This document shows positions 26,223 to 34,648 of a DNA stretch of 64,000 bases, in pieces. The DNA lies in assembly GCA_964506835.1 (NCBI GenBank), contig CAZDNG010000020.1, positions 14,847 through 78,846 on the forward strand, given 5' to 3'. Below the pieces are notes generated by a model that did not search any database, was not told where the DNA came from, and saw only the letters and a program-made list of their open reading frames with translations. This DNA is from an uncultured Polyangiaceae bacterium. Its GTDB lineage: Bacteria; Myxococcota_A; Polyangia; Polyangiales; Polyangiaceae. Position numbers and translations under genes: made by a program. How positions within the stretch are numbered: the stretch's first letter is position 1; the number at the start of each line of letters is the position of its first letter.

Positions 26223-26885
26223 TCACCAGGGAAGCGTCTCGCCGTTCGCGTGAAGGAAGTGGCCGGTGGTCTCGAGGCGGAGCTCGTCGATGCGCTCGAG
26301 CAACGACGACGCCGCGACGTGCGCGTCGATGGAGCCCTGATTGCCGGTCATCGCGGTTCGGACATAGCCGGGATGCAACACCGCGACGGCGATGCCGCGC
26401 GGCTTCAAGTCGCGGGCGAGCGACGAGCCGGCCATGTTGAGCGCAGCCTTCGACATTCTGTAGCCGTACATCGAGCCCGACGTGTTGTCGGCGATCGAGC
26501 CCATGCGGCTCGTGATGAGCACGATTTTCCCACCCGCCGGCACGAGCGGCAAGAGGCGTTCCGTCACGCGCAGCGGCCCAATCGCATTCGCCTCGAACTG
26601 GCTACGGATCGAGTCGTAGTCGATGGAGCCGAGCGCGTCGTACCCGAGCATCCCGGCGTTGTTGATGATGACGTCGAGCGTCGTCCCCTCGAGAGCCCGC
26701 CCGAGCGCGTCGACCTTGGCCGCGTCCGAAACGTCCACGCCCGATTCGACTCGCACCCCGAGCCGCACCAACGACGGCGATGGAGTGCGACACACCGCGA
26801 CGACCGAGTCACCGCGAGCATCCAGCGCTCGGCACAATTCGAGTCCAATCCCGCGGTTTGCGCCCGTAACGAGCACTATCGCCAT
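26223..26885 (-). CDS. short-chain dehydrogenase/reductase (SDR)
   Basis: VLVTGANRGIGLE (TGxxxGxG), NNAG, and the catalytic YRMSKAALN (YxxxK). Confidence 0.85.
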   Translation of the reverse strand: MAIVLVTGANRGIGLELCRALDARGDSVVAVCRTPSPSLVRLGVRVESGVDVSDAAKVDALGRALEGTTLDVIINNAGMLGYDALGSIDYDSIRSQFEANAIGPLRVTERLLPLVPAGGKIVLITSRMGSIADNTSGSMYGYRMSKAALNMAGSSLARDLKPRGIAVAVLHPGYVRTAMTGNQGSIDAHVAASSLLERIDELRLETTGHFLHANGETLPW

Positions 26886-26947
26886 GTCTTCACCGGTAGC
26901 ACAGCTCGAGCGCCGCCTTCACCGGTCCGGCGGACGGCCTTCTTTTT

Positions 26948-27505
26948 CTAACCCTCGCCCGCGTGGATCGTCGCGCGAAGCTTCCGGACGGCGCGCCGCA
27001 CCGATTCATCCGTCGCGAAACGATCCACCTCGTCGAATGAGACCCACCGCGCGCCTTCGACCTCGTCGTTCGGCGCGAGGGTGCGCGACGTCGCGACGAA
27101 GCGAAATCGCGCATCGAAGTGCTCGTGCGCCGGTTCGCCCGGACGCGCCGGGATCGTGTGAACGTCCACGTCGAAGAACGCCGCGGCGCAGTCGGGTTCT
27201 TCCACCGGGACGCCGATCTCTTCCGCGACCTCGCGACGAGCAGCGGCGCACAGCGACCCGTCGCCCGGCTCGACGTGACCGCCGGGCTGCACCCAGATCC
27301 GCAGCTTCTTGTGGAAGATCAGTGCCAGCGCGTCCCGCTCCGGCGAAAGGACGAACGCGCTCGCGGTGAAATGTCCGGGCTCGTGGCTCCGCCGGTCGAA
27401 CGGCGCGTCCGAATCGAGAAGAGCGAGCATCCGCGCGCGGTGGTCCTCTTCGCGTGGGTCCGCCGCGACGTGGCGACGTAACAACGCGCGCACCTCGTTT
27501 CGCAT
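26948..27505 (-). CDS. NUDIX hydrolase
   Basis: Nudix box GGHVEPGDGSLCAAARREVAEEIGV. Confidence 0.8.
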   Translation of the reverse strand: MRNEVRALLRRHVAADPREEDHRARMLALLDSDAPFDRRSHEPGHFTASAFVLSPERDALALIFHKKLRIWVQPGGHVEPGDGSLCAAARREVAEEIGVPVEEPDCAAAFFDVDVHTIPARPGEPAHEHFDARFRFVATSRTLAPNDEVEGARWVSFDEVDRFATDESVRRAVRKLRATIHAGEG

Positions 27506-27573
27506 GCGGGTCCCCCGTTACCCACGGCGGCGAGCGGCCGCAATGGCCGCCCCATTCTCCTGTGTGAGTCGCG

Positions 27574-28752
27574 CTAAAAGCGGAGGCCGAGCACCACGCG
27601 AACGAACGGCCCGGAGCGTCCGAGCGAGCCGAGACTCTGATCGACCGTCGTGATGCGCCCCGACGGCTGCGTCGGGGTCGGCGTGAGCTCCATCGACGAC
27701 GCGAGCACGGCGCCACCTTCGACGGTGACTCCGAGGACGAGTCGGCGAAGTGCGCTCTGCTTCGTCTCGAACGTACCCGTGGGCGTATGCACCGTGATGC
27801 CGCCGCCGAGCGTCACGAACGGGATCGTGCTGTTGCTCTCGAGCTCCGACGGCCCTCCGCTCGGATTGAGCTTCGCGTGCACGAGCGAAAAACCACCGGT
27901 CACGCGCGCCTCCGGCTCGAGAAACGAAAGGAGCGCGTAGCGCACGCTCGCGCCGGCGTGAAACGCGTTCGTATCGAGCGACGTCGAGGTGATCGCCCCG
28001 CCGAACAGCGCGCCCGACGATTGCGAATTCGTGCTGAATCCGAGCTCCGGCACGACCGAAATCGGTCCGCTGGCGTAGACCGCGTATCCGACGTCGACCG
28101 CGAGTGAATGCGCGACGTCGGAGTCCGAGAACAAATCGAACCCCTTCTGCGTGTACCAGGTCGAGTCGACGCCGAAATCGACGTTGAACCGACCTTCAAT
28201 TGGGGGGGCACCCGCAGCGACGGGGACGTCGGCGGTCGGGCCGGGTGCGGCGGTGGCGACTACGACCACTGGAGTGGTCGCGACGGGGGGGACGGGAGAG
28301 CTCGAGCTAGAGGAGGGGCTAGAGCTAGAGCTAGAGCCAGAGGCAGAGGCAGAGGGGACGGGCGCCACCGTGGGGACGGGAGAAGTAGAGGTCGAGGGGG
28401 CGGGAGCGGGCGCGGTAGGGGGAGCTGGAGCAGGGGCAGCGACGGGAGCGGGGGCGGGAGCGGGCGCGGCAGCCGTCGGGGGGGGCGATGCCGTCGCGGG
28501 CGGGGCGGCTTCGCTCACGCCGCTTTCGAAGAGGGCCGCGACGCACGCGACCCACGACGCGAAGCGGACGAGACGCACACGGCTCGTGCGTCTCTCGAAA
28601 TCGACCCGGCGTTCGAGACGGCGTTCGCGTTCGATGCAACGTTGGCGTTCGAGGTGCGTCGACGGACTCACCGCGGGCTCCTGGCTGAGGCGGATCACGC
28701 GGTGCTCGCGGTTCCTGCCGTTTCCGCGATGCTCCTGATTCGGCCGATTCAT
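27574..28752 (-). CDS. outer-membrane beta-barrel candidate with a Pro/Ala/Ser-rich linker
   Basis: Only the 3' 1.2 kb of track ORF 27574..30273 looks coding. ATG at 28752 forms an ATGA overlap with the upstream stop. An alternative GTG at 28578 gives a canonical signal peptide (RLVRFASWVACVAALFESGVSEA). The C-terminal ~230 aa have alternating beta-strand patterns and end in a terminal Phe (VVLGLRF). Confidence 0.6.
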   Translation of the reverse strand: MNRPNQEHRGNGRNREHRVIRLSQEPAVSPSTHLERQRCIERERRLERRVDFERRTSRVRLVRFASWVACVAALFESGVSEAAPPATASPPPTAAAPAPAPAPVAAPAPAPPTAPAPAPSTSTSPVPTVAPVPSASASGSSSSSSPSSSSSSPVPPVATTPVVVVATAAPGPTADVPVAAGAPPIEGRFNVDFGVDSTWYTQKGFDLFSDSDVAHSLAVDVGYAVYASGPISVVPELGFSTNSQSSGALFGGAITSTSLDTNAFHAGASVRYALLSFLEPEARVTGGFSLVHAKLNPSGGPSELESNSTIPFVTLGGGITVHTPTGTFETKQSALRRLVLGVTVEGGAVLASSMELTPTPTQPSGRITTVDQSLGSLGRSGPFVRVVLGLRF

Positions 28753-30338
28753 GGAGACGCCTCCCCGGTGACACCCTGAAATAAGTAGCCGCGCATCGCG
28801 TACGCGGCGCCGAGGTTCGTCGGATCGCGTGCGTCGAGCACGGTCGCGTAACCCATCGCGTCGGGGTGCGTGACGACGACCCGCGGCGTCGACGCGGAAG
28901 GAACCGGAACCAGGGTCACGATGGGCGCATCGACGTGAACCTGGTTCGGCCTGAAACCGTCGAGATCGAGATACGCCACTTCCTGGCCGCCCTGGGGGGC
29001 GAGCCACAGTTTCTTCGCCAGCGGATCGCTGATGGCCGACGCGAGCGAGGGCCCGCTGATCGGGGTCACCGTGCGATCGCCGAGATCGACGACACTCAAG
29101 CCCGTCCCCGAGTGCACGAATAGGGCGAGATTGCCGTCGAGCGACGTCACGGATGCGAACGGCTGCTCGATGGTGAGCGTGTCCACGTTGAGCCGGCCGC
29201 GCTCTTCGATGCCGACGAGGTCGAGAAACGTGACGACCGTCGTCCCGGTCGAATAGAGGAGCGCGCGCGGCGCGACGGTCGGATCGGAGGGCTTCGGTCC
29301 CTGATAGAGGAGAATGTTCGTCTCCGACGTCGGGAGCGGCACTTCCGTCGTATTGCTCGAATCGGCGTCCACGATGACGGCCTCCGAGGTGCCCGGCGAG
29401 AGCGCCAAGAGACGCGTCGCCGTGCCGTCGGCGTAGAGGGCGATGTCGGTCGGTCCAGTTCCCGCCGGAAGCTGATTCAAGGACGGCGTGAAATCGTTCA
29501 GGGCGCCGCCGTCGGCTACCGGGTTCGCTTCCGGCGTTGCCCCGGAGAGCGTCACGACGAACACGTCGTCGGAGCCGCTCGCGCGAAGATACATTTTCGG
29601 CTCGGTCGTCGAGAAGACGACTTGCGACAGGGTGATCCCCGCTGTGAGCTGCACGCTGTAGCGAGCCCGCTCGAGATGCGAGAGGTCGAATATCTCCAGC
29701 GAAGAGGCGAAGAGCGCCACCGCGAGTCGACGCGAACCCGTCGAGATCGGCACGTCGGCGGACGAAAAGGCGACGGCGTGCGGCGTGTCGCCGAAGCTCC
29801 GGAGCGTCTCCGAATAGGCCTGCTGCCCCTCGAGGTCGATGAGGGCGACTTCGTTCGGATTGAAGAGCACTGTGTTCGCGGCTTGCCCCGCGTTCGAGTC
29901 GAAGAACAGGAATACGTAGCGACCATCCGGCGACTGAGTCATCGCATTGAAGCTCGGGTCGTAGCGGTAGGTCGCCACGACTCCCGACGCCCCGAGTACG
30001 GTGAGTCCGGGCTGGGCCGGCGTGACGCCCGCGCCGTCGGCTTGCCCCGCCGAGAGCACGAGGAGCTGATCGGCGTGGCCGTTGCGAGGTTCGGTATGGA
30101 CCGGATGAGTCACCAGCGAAACGACCTGGGTCGTATGTGGCGCCGTGGCGCCGGAGACGTCGAGCAACCGCGCCTCGTTGCGCGCGCCGTCGACCAGGAC
30201 GAGCCGGTCGTCGATGGCCGCGGGCGGCAAGAGAAGCGGCGCGTTGTAGTAGCTCGCGGGGCGGCTTCCGCACCCGAACGCCGCGAGCGCCGACAGCGCC
30301 GAGATGACGGCGAGCGATTTCCCCATGAACCCTCTCAT
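28749..30338 (-). CDS. lipoprotein, beta-propeller-like repeats (unknown function)
   Basis: Lipobox ALSALAAFGC. Repeated ~45-aa strand-rich units (..LVLVDG..ARLLDV.. / ..VALIDLEG.. / ..LSVVDLGD..). ATGA overlaps at both ends (30335-30338 and 28749-28752). Confidence 0.6.
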   Translation of the reverse strand: MRGFMGKSLAVISALSALAAFGCGSRPASYYNAPLLLPPAAIDDRLVLVDGARNEARLLDVSGATAPHTTQVVSLVTHPVHTEPRNGHADQLLVLSAGQADGAGVTPAQPGLTVLGASGVVATYRYDPSFNAMTQSPDGRYVFLFFDSNAGQAANTVLFNPNEVALIDLEGQQAYSETLRSFGDTPHAVAFSSADVPISTGSRRLAVALFASSLEIFDLSHLERARYSVQLTAGITLSQVVFSTTEPKMYLRASGSDDVFVVTLSGATPEANPVADGGALNDFTPSLNQLPAGTGPTDIALYADGTATRLLALSPGTSEAVIVDADSSNTTEVPLPTSETNILLYQGPKPSDPTVAPRALLYSTGTTVVTFLDLVGIEERGRLNVDTLTIEQPFASVTSLDGNLALFVHSGTGLSVVDLGDRTVTPISGPSLASAISDPLAKKLWLAPQGGQEVAYLDLDGFRPNQVHVDAPIVTLVPVPSASTPRVVVTHPDAMGYATVLDARDPTNLGAAYAMRGYLFQGVTGEASP

Positions 30339-32110
30339 TGTCGAATCCGGCTATTCAGCTCGAACCCGGTGACCGACTGAATGGCCCCCGTCGTCCAGTC
30401 GATGAACGAGATGCGACCATCGGTGTGGTCTTGTCCGACGAAAACCCGATTCGTGGCCGGAACCGGTCCGACCGAGACAGGTGGACTGCCGAGCTCGAGG
30501 GTCGCGATGAGCAGACTCCGGAGATCGACGTCGTCGACTTGATGAAGACCGAGGGCGTTGAAGAGAATGAAGAGGTGGCTGCCGTCGGGCACGGCCGCGA
30601 AAGGACCGAGCGGCGCCGCGGTGACTTCGAGCTTCGGAAAGCCTGCGGCGATCGCGACGACGCTGTAGCCGTATTGCCGATCCAGCTTCGTTCCGAGATC
30701 GATTCCCGTTTCGTTCGGATCGCCGTCGAGCTTCTGATGCACGACCAACGCCGTCTGATCGTCGGGTGAGATGGCGATGGCCTCGACGGATTTCTCGAGC
30801 TGAATGGTCCGCGGCGGCGCGCTCGTCGTGAGATCGAGGATGGTGAGGCGCTCGTAGGTCGGCACCGCCGTCGTGTAGAGCAGCGCGTAGTGGCCGCCGG
30901 GCGACAAGGTCACCGAGCCGATGATTTCATTCGGGACCACCGTGGTGGTCACCTGCGACGGATCGCCGCCGAACGCGCCGGGGATCGGAATGCGGAGCAC
31001 GGCGCTCCGATCGCGCACCACGGCCATGGCGTAGGCGCTCGACGGCGCGAGATCGAGATCGGTCACGATGGCGTTGGCCGGCGCGGGCGGCGGCGGCGTG
31101 CCCGCGTCGCCCGGGCGAGCACCTCCGTCAGGCGCTCGCGATGGGCCCGCGTCCCCAGGCGCACCCGCGTCGCCGGGAGGGGGCAATGGGATCTTCGAGA
31201 GATCCAAGGTCGCGATCGTCCCCGTCGACAGATCGACGAGGCGGAGCTCGCTCCCGTTCTCTTCGCGGGCGAGCGCGTATTTGCCGTCGCCGGTGACCGA
31301 CACGTCGAGCGCGCTCTGATCCGTCGGCGCGGCGCCGAGCGCGATGGTTTGCGCGATGCTCGCGCCGTTCTTCTCGATGTCCGCGAAGTCGAGCACCGAC
31401 ACGCCGGCTTGAGTGACGACGAAGCCCTTGGCGCCATCGTCCGAGAAGAACACCGCGGAGGGACGAAACCCGACCGTCATCGGCGTCGAGGTGTCACCCG
31501 CCGCGTCGAGCGAAACGACGGTCAAATCCTGGAACGAGCCGGGTTGGTCGGTCGGGCTCGCGAGCGTCTCGTCGAAGTACGCGACGGCGTGCTTGCCGTC
31601 CGGCGCGACGGCGATCGCGTTCGACCCCTGCTGCACCTTCACGCTCGAGGTCGTCGAAACGCCGTTGACGGTCCGGATGATCGTCGCGTCGTTCGAACCG
31701 ACGTTCAGGACGACCGCGCTATCGGTCCCCGCTAGAGTCTGGAGATAGCGCGGTTGATCGCCGGCCTCGACGGTTTGAATCGCCAAGGTCGCTGCGTCGA
31801 TGACGGCTACGGTGTCGCCGTCGGGGTTCGCGACGTACACGTAGTGCTGGCCGGCCTGCGGAAGTTGGAAGCTCGCCTTCGTCTCGGTCTCGGGCGGCAG
31901 CACGACGCCGGCGTCCGCAGAGGGAGACCCTATCGAGAAAGTGCCGCCGGCGCCCGACGCGGCCCCGAAGCCCCCCTGATCGTTGCCCGAAGGCAGCTCG
32001 GGCGCACTCGAGAGCGAACCCCCGTTGCCTGACGAAGAAAGACTGCCGCAGGCGGCGACGGTCCCCACACCGACGACTGCGCACAAACAAGTGTGCCACC
32101 CCAATTTCAT
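30335..32110 (-). CDS. lipoprotein, YNCE/YVTN-like beta-propeller repeats (unknown function)
   Basis: ATG at 32110 (MKLGWHTCLCAVVGVGTVAAC, lipobox). Gly/Ser linker. Repeats such as HYVYVANPDGDTVAVIDAATL and KYALAREENGSELRLVDLSTG. Confidence 0.6.
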   Translation of the reverse strand: MKLGWHTCLCAVVGVGTVAACGSLSSSGNGGSLSSAPELPSGNDQGGFGAASGAGGTFSIGSPSADAGVVLPPETETKASFQLPQAGQHYVYVANPDGDTVAVIDAATLAIQTVEAGDQPRYLQTLAGTDSAVVLNVGSNDATIIRTVNGVSTTSSVKVQQGSNAIAVAPDGKHAVAYFDETLASPTDQPGSFQDLTVVSLDAAGDTSTPMTVGFRPSAVFFSDDGAKGFVVTQAGVSVLDFADIEKNGASIAQTIALGAAPTDQSALDVSVTGDGKYALAREENGSELRLVDLSTGTIATLDLSKIPLPPPGDAGAPGDAGPSRAPDGGARPGDAGTPPPPAPANAIVTDLDLAPSSAYAMAVVRDRSAVLRIPIPGAFGGDPSQVTTTVVPNEIIGSVTLSPGGHYALLYTTAVPTYERLTILDLTTSAPPRTIQLEKSVEAIAISPDDQTALVVHQKLDGDPNETGIDLGTKLDRQYGYSVVAIAAGFPKLEVTAAPLGPFAAVPDGSHLFILFNALGLHQVDDVDLRSLLIATLELGSPPVSVGPVPATNRVFVGQDHTDGRISFIDWTTGAIQSVTGFELNSRIRQ

Positions 32111-32324
32111 GGACGGCACATTGAGCAGGAAGCGCGCCAATACCTGGCACGACGTCCGCGAGGGTTCGAAAATCCCTCGAATCAACGCTGAGTTGTCCGT
32201 CCAGCTGCACCTCGAACCGGACGCCGCTCAGGCGTGGTCCACGACAGGCGCGTCAGGTCGCGGCACAACTCGTTCGTCGAATGACGGTGCCCGAACGCCC
32301 CGGGCGCCGCTCGCCCGCCCGCGC

Positions 32325-33200
32325 TCAGAACGTCATGGCCCGAAGCGCGTCGCGCAGCGGGCGTCCTGCGGCGACGCCGAATCGCTCCTCGTATTTCGAC
32401 GAGTCGAGGCTCAGATCGCGCGCCCGGGGCTCGGGCGCAGGAACGTCGTGGCGACTCACGGAGCGAACGTCGTGCGCCGTCACGCCGAGCGCGTCGGCGA
32501 GGAGCAGGCCCATGTCGAACCGCGACCATCGTTCTCGACCACCCGCATGGACGATTCCAGTGAGCTCGCTCTCGGCGGAGCGAAGGAGCGCCGTGGCGGC
32601 ATCCTCGAGCCAGAGCGGCGTGCGGAATTCGTCGTGAAAGAGGTGGAGCGGCTTTCCCTCTCGGAGCGCCTGCACTTGCGACGCGAACGTCGTGGGTCGA
32701 GGCGTCGCGGGCATTCCGTAGAGGAGCGGCAAGCGCACGACGAGCGCGGCGGTTTCTCCGAGCGCCGCGCGTTCGCCGTCGAGCTTCGAACGACCGTACG
32801 CCGACAGCGGTCGCGGCTCGGACGATTCGGAATAGGGCGCGGCTTCGCCGTCGAACACCATGTCCGTCGACACGAACACGAAGCGGCCGCCCACGCTCTC
32901 GGTGGCGCGCGCGAGGCACGCCGTGCCGAGGACGTTGATGCTCTGCGCGTGGGCTTCGTTCGCGTGCGCGCCGGCCACGCTGGAAATCGCGGCCGCGTGA
33001 ACGACGAGGCGCGGCCGGCATTCGCGAACGAGCGCGGTGACGGCGCTCGCGTCCGCGAGCTCGACGCGCACCGACTCGCCGAACGACGGGATCGGACCCG
33101 ACGGCGAGGCGACGCCGAGCACTCGAGCGCCGTCAGCGACGAGCTTCCGAAACAGCACACCCCCGAGTTGGCCGCCGACGCCGGTCACGAGCACGGTCAT
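32325..33200 (-). CDS. NAD(P)-dependent sugar-nucleotide reductase/epimerase (dTDP-4-dehydrorhamnose reductase RmlD-like)
   Basis: MTVLVTGVGGQLG (GxxGxxG), catalytic YGRSK (YxxxK), about 290 aa. The track ORF 32325..34271 is an in-frame upstream extension across the next gene. Confidence 0.7.
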   Translation of the reverse strand: MTVLVTGVGGQLGGVLFRKLVADGARVLGVASPSGPIPSFGESVRVELADASAVTALVRECRPRLVVHAAAISSVAGAHANEAHAQSINVLGTACLARATESVGGRFVFVSTDMVFDGEAAPYSESSEPRPLSAYGRSKLDGERAALGETAALVVRLPLLYGMPATPRPTTFASQVQALREGKPLHLFHDEFRTPLWLEDAATALLRSAESELTGIVHAGGRERWSRFDMGLLLADALGVTAHDVRSVSRHDVPAPEPRARDLSLDSSKYEERFGVAAGRPLRDALRAMTF

Positions 33201-33271
33201 GGCCCGGGCCATTTCACCACGAGCGCCCCGTCGCTGTCGATTGACGAACGGAGCGGGCCCACTCTGTCCCG

Positions 33272-34648
33272 TCACGGCTTCGTGCGGGCGTCGAGAAAGG
33301 TAACGGCGCTCGACAGGTCGGACACTTCGTTGAACGTCGCGGGAAGCGCGAGCAACGTCGTGAGATCGATCCGGGCGACCCATCGAAAATCCTTGCTCAC
33401 CGTGATGCCGAACGGCGGAGATGCCGTGGTTCCGGGAGACACCGCGGCGCCGTGCGAACTCACGACGTTGGTCCATACGCCGCCGTCGGGGAGCGCCGGC
33501 AAGAGACCGAAGGCGTAGTCCGGGGCGCCCGCATCGAGGACGCTCGCGTCGCGGACCCCGCCGTCTCGGTCGCCGCGCGGCGCGAGGGTCGACAAGCGCG
33601 CGACGGCGACGTCGGACGCCGCTTCGCCTTCCCAGAAACCGAGGTGCGTCGCGGAAGCCACGGCGACGTCGGTGAGCCCATCGCCGACCAACGTCGATTC
33701 CGGCGCGGTCACGGTGTGCGTGGTCTCGTCGAATCTTGCTTTCGAAAAATCGAGGATCGACTGGTATTGCCGGCCCTTCGACGGCACGACGACCAGCCCG
33801 GTGGTCGGATCGACGGCCGCGCCGGAGGGCGACGTCCCCACGGGAGCGTCGGGATTGCCGGCCGTGGCGTTCTGGTAGGTGTAGAGGGCGCCGTTTCCGA
33901 GATCGACGACGTTGAGGCCGTCGGTCATCGGCGTGCCGTCGGCGGCGTGGGTCGTCGAGCAGGTCGAGGGCGTGTGTCCCGCGGCGTCGAGGCTCGACGC
34001 GCAATCGTAGAACGGCGCGAAGAGTCGCTCGTGAACCGGGTCGAGCGCGAAGTTCTCCGACGGCGGTGCGGCGATGACGCGCGAGACCGTTCGCATCGCG
34101 AGATCGACGATCGCGAACCCGTTCCACACCGCGAGGATCGCGCGGTCGTTCGCGGCATCGACGACGACGGCGGTGACGTAGCCGCCGTCGCCGGAAAAAC
34201 CGGATTGCCCGTACGACGCATCGAGCCGGGTCTTGCCGATCAGCGTGTCGGTGACCGGATCGATGAACCATATCGAAGGGTTCTGAGTCGATGCGGCCAC
34301 GACGATGGTCGCATTTCCTGCGGTGGTCGTCGCGTACTCGAGGGCGCCCCCGGCTGCCCCGAGATCGATATCGGTGACGAGCGCCGGCGCGCCGCGGACG
34401 CCGTCGCCCGCGGCGTTCGCGTCGACGACGGCGATCACCGAGTGACCCGCAGCGTTCGCCTGGTACTCCGGCAAGTAGAGCTTGTCGGTGCCGCCGACGG
34501 AGACGATCGCGAACGCGCCGGTCCCGCCGCTGTCGGCGATCGACGCGGGCGGAACCGGTTTACGAGTCGCGTTCGCCGCAGGCGAAGCGTCGCACGCTTC
34601 GAGCAGTCCGAAACACGCGAGCCCTGCGACGAACCGCGCGAGCCTCAG
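33272..34648 (-). CDS. lipoprotein, beta-propeller-like (unknown function); start codon unresolved
   Basis: Strand-rich sequence with repeats (HSVIAVVDANA.., RAILAVWNGFAIVDL.., GLNVVDLGNG..). A good lipoprotein signal RLARFVAGLACFGLLEAC begins at a CTG (34648) that forms a CTGA overlap with the upstream stop. I found no ATG/GTG/TTG in frame between 34846 and the signal peptide. Confidence 0.55.
   Translation of the reverse strand: MRLARFVAGLACFGLLEACDASPAANATRKPVPPASIADSGGTGAFAIVSVGGTDKLYLPEYQANAAGHSVIAVVDANAAGDGVRGAPALVTDIDLGAAGGALEYATTTAGNATIVVAASTQNPSIWFIDPVTDTLIGKTRLDASYGQSGFSGDGGYVTAVVVDAANDRAILAVWNGFAIVDLAMRTVSRVIAAPPSENFALDPVHERLFAPFYDCASSLDAAGHTPSTCSTTHAADGTPMTDGLNVVDLGNGALYTYQNATAGNPDAPVGTSPSGAAVDPTTGLVVVPSKGRQYQSILDFSKARFDETTHTVTAPESTLVGDGLTDVAVASATHLGFWEGEAASDVAVARLSTLAPRGDRDGGVRDASVLDAGAPDYAFGLLPALPDGGVWTNVVSSHGAAVSPGTTASPPFGITVSKDFRWVARIDLTTLLALPATFNEVSDLSSAVTFLDARTKP

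Noticed and set aside
28200-28500. Visibly repetitive DNA (gctagag/gcagagg-type short repeats), considered as a possible CRISPR array or VNTR.
   Set aside because: There is no repeat-spacer periodicity. It lies in frame within the barrel gene and encodes a Pro/Ala/Ser-rich linker.
28753-30273. Upstream 500 codons of track ORF 27574..30273. The same applies to the upstream extensions of 20186..22288, 32325..34271, 36104..38554, 16690..19620, 19200..20621 and 11359..12294.
   Set aside because: These are in-frame read-through across the neighbouring upstream gene. The real starts are marked by NTGA overlaps, signal peptides or the family's N-termini. The extension sequences are Arg-rich nonsense.
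32145-32159. Sigma-54 promoter-like element TGGCACGacgtCCGC with correct GG-N10-GC spacing.
   Set aside because: It is on the plus strand, pointing at the 3' end of a minus-strand gene, with no plus-strand ORF downstream. The -12 element is CCGC rather than TTGC.
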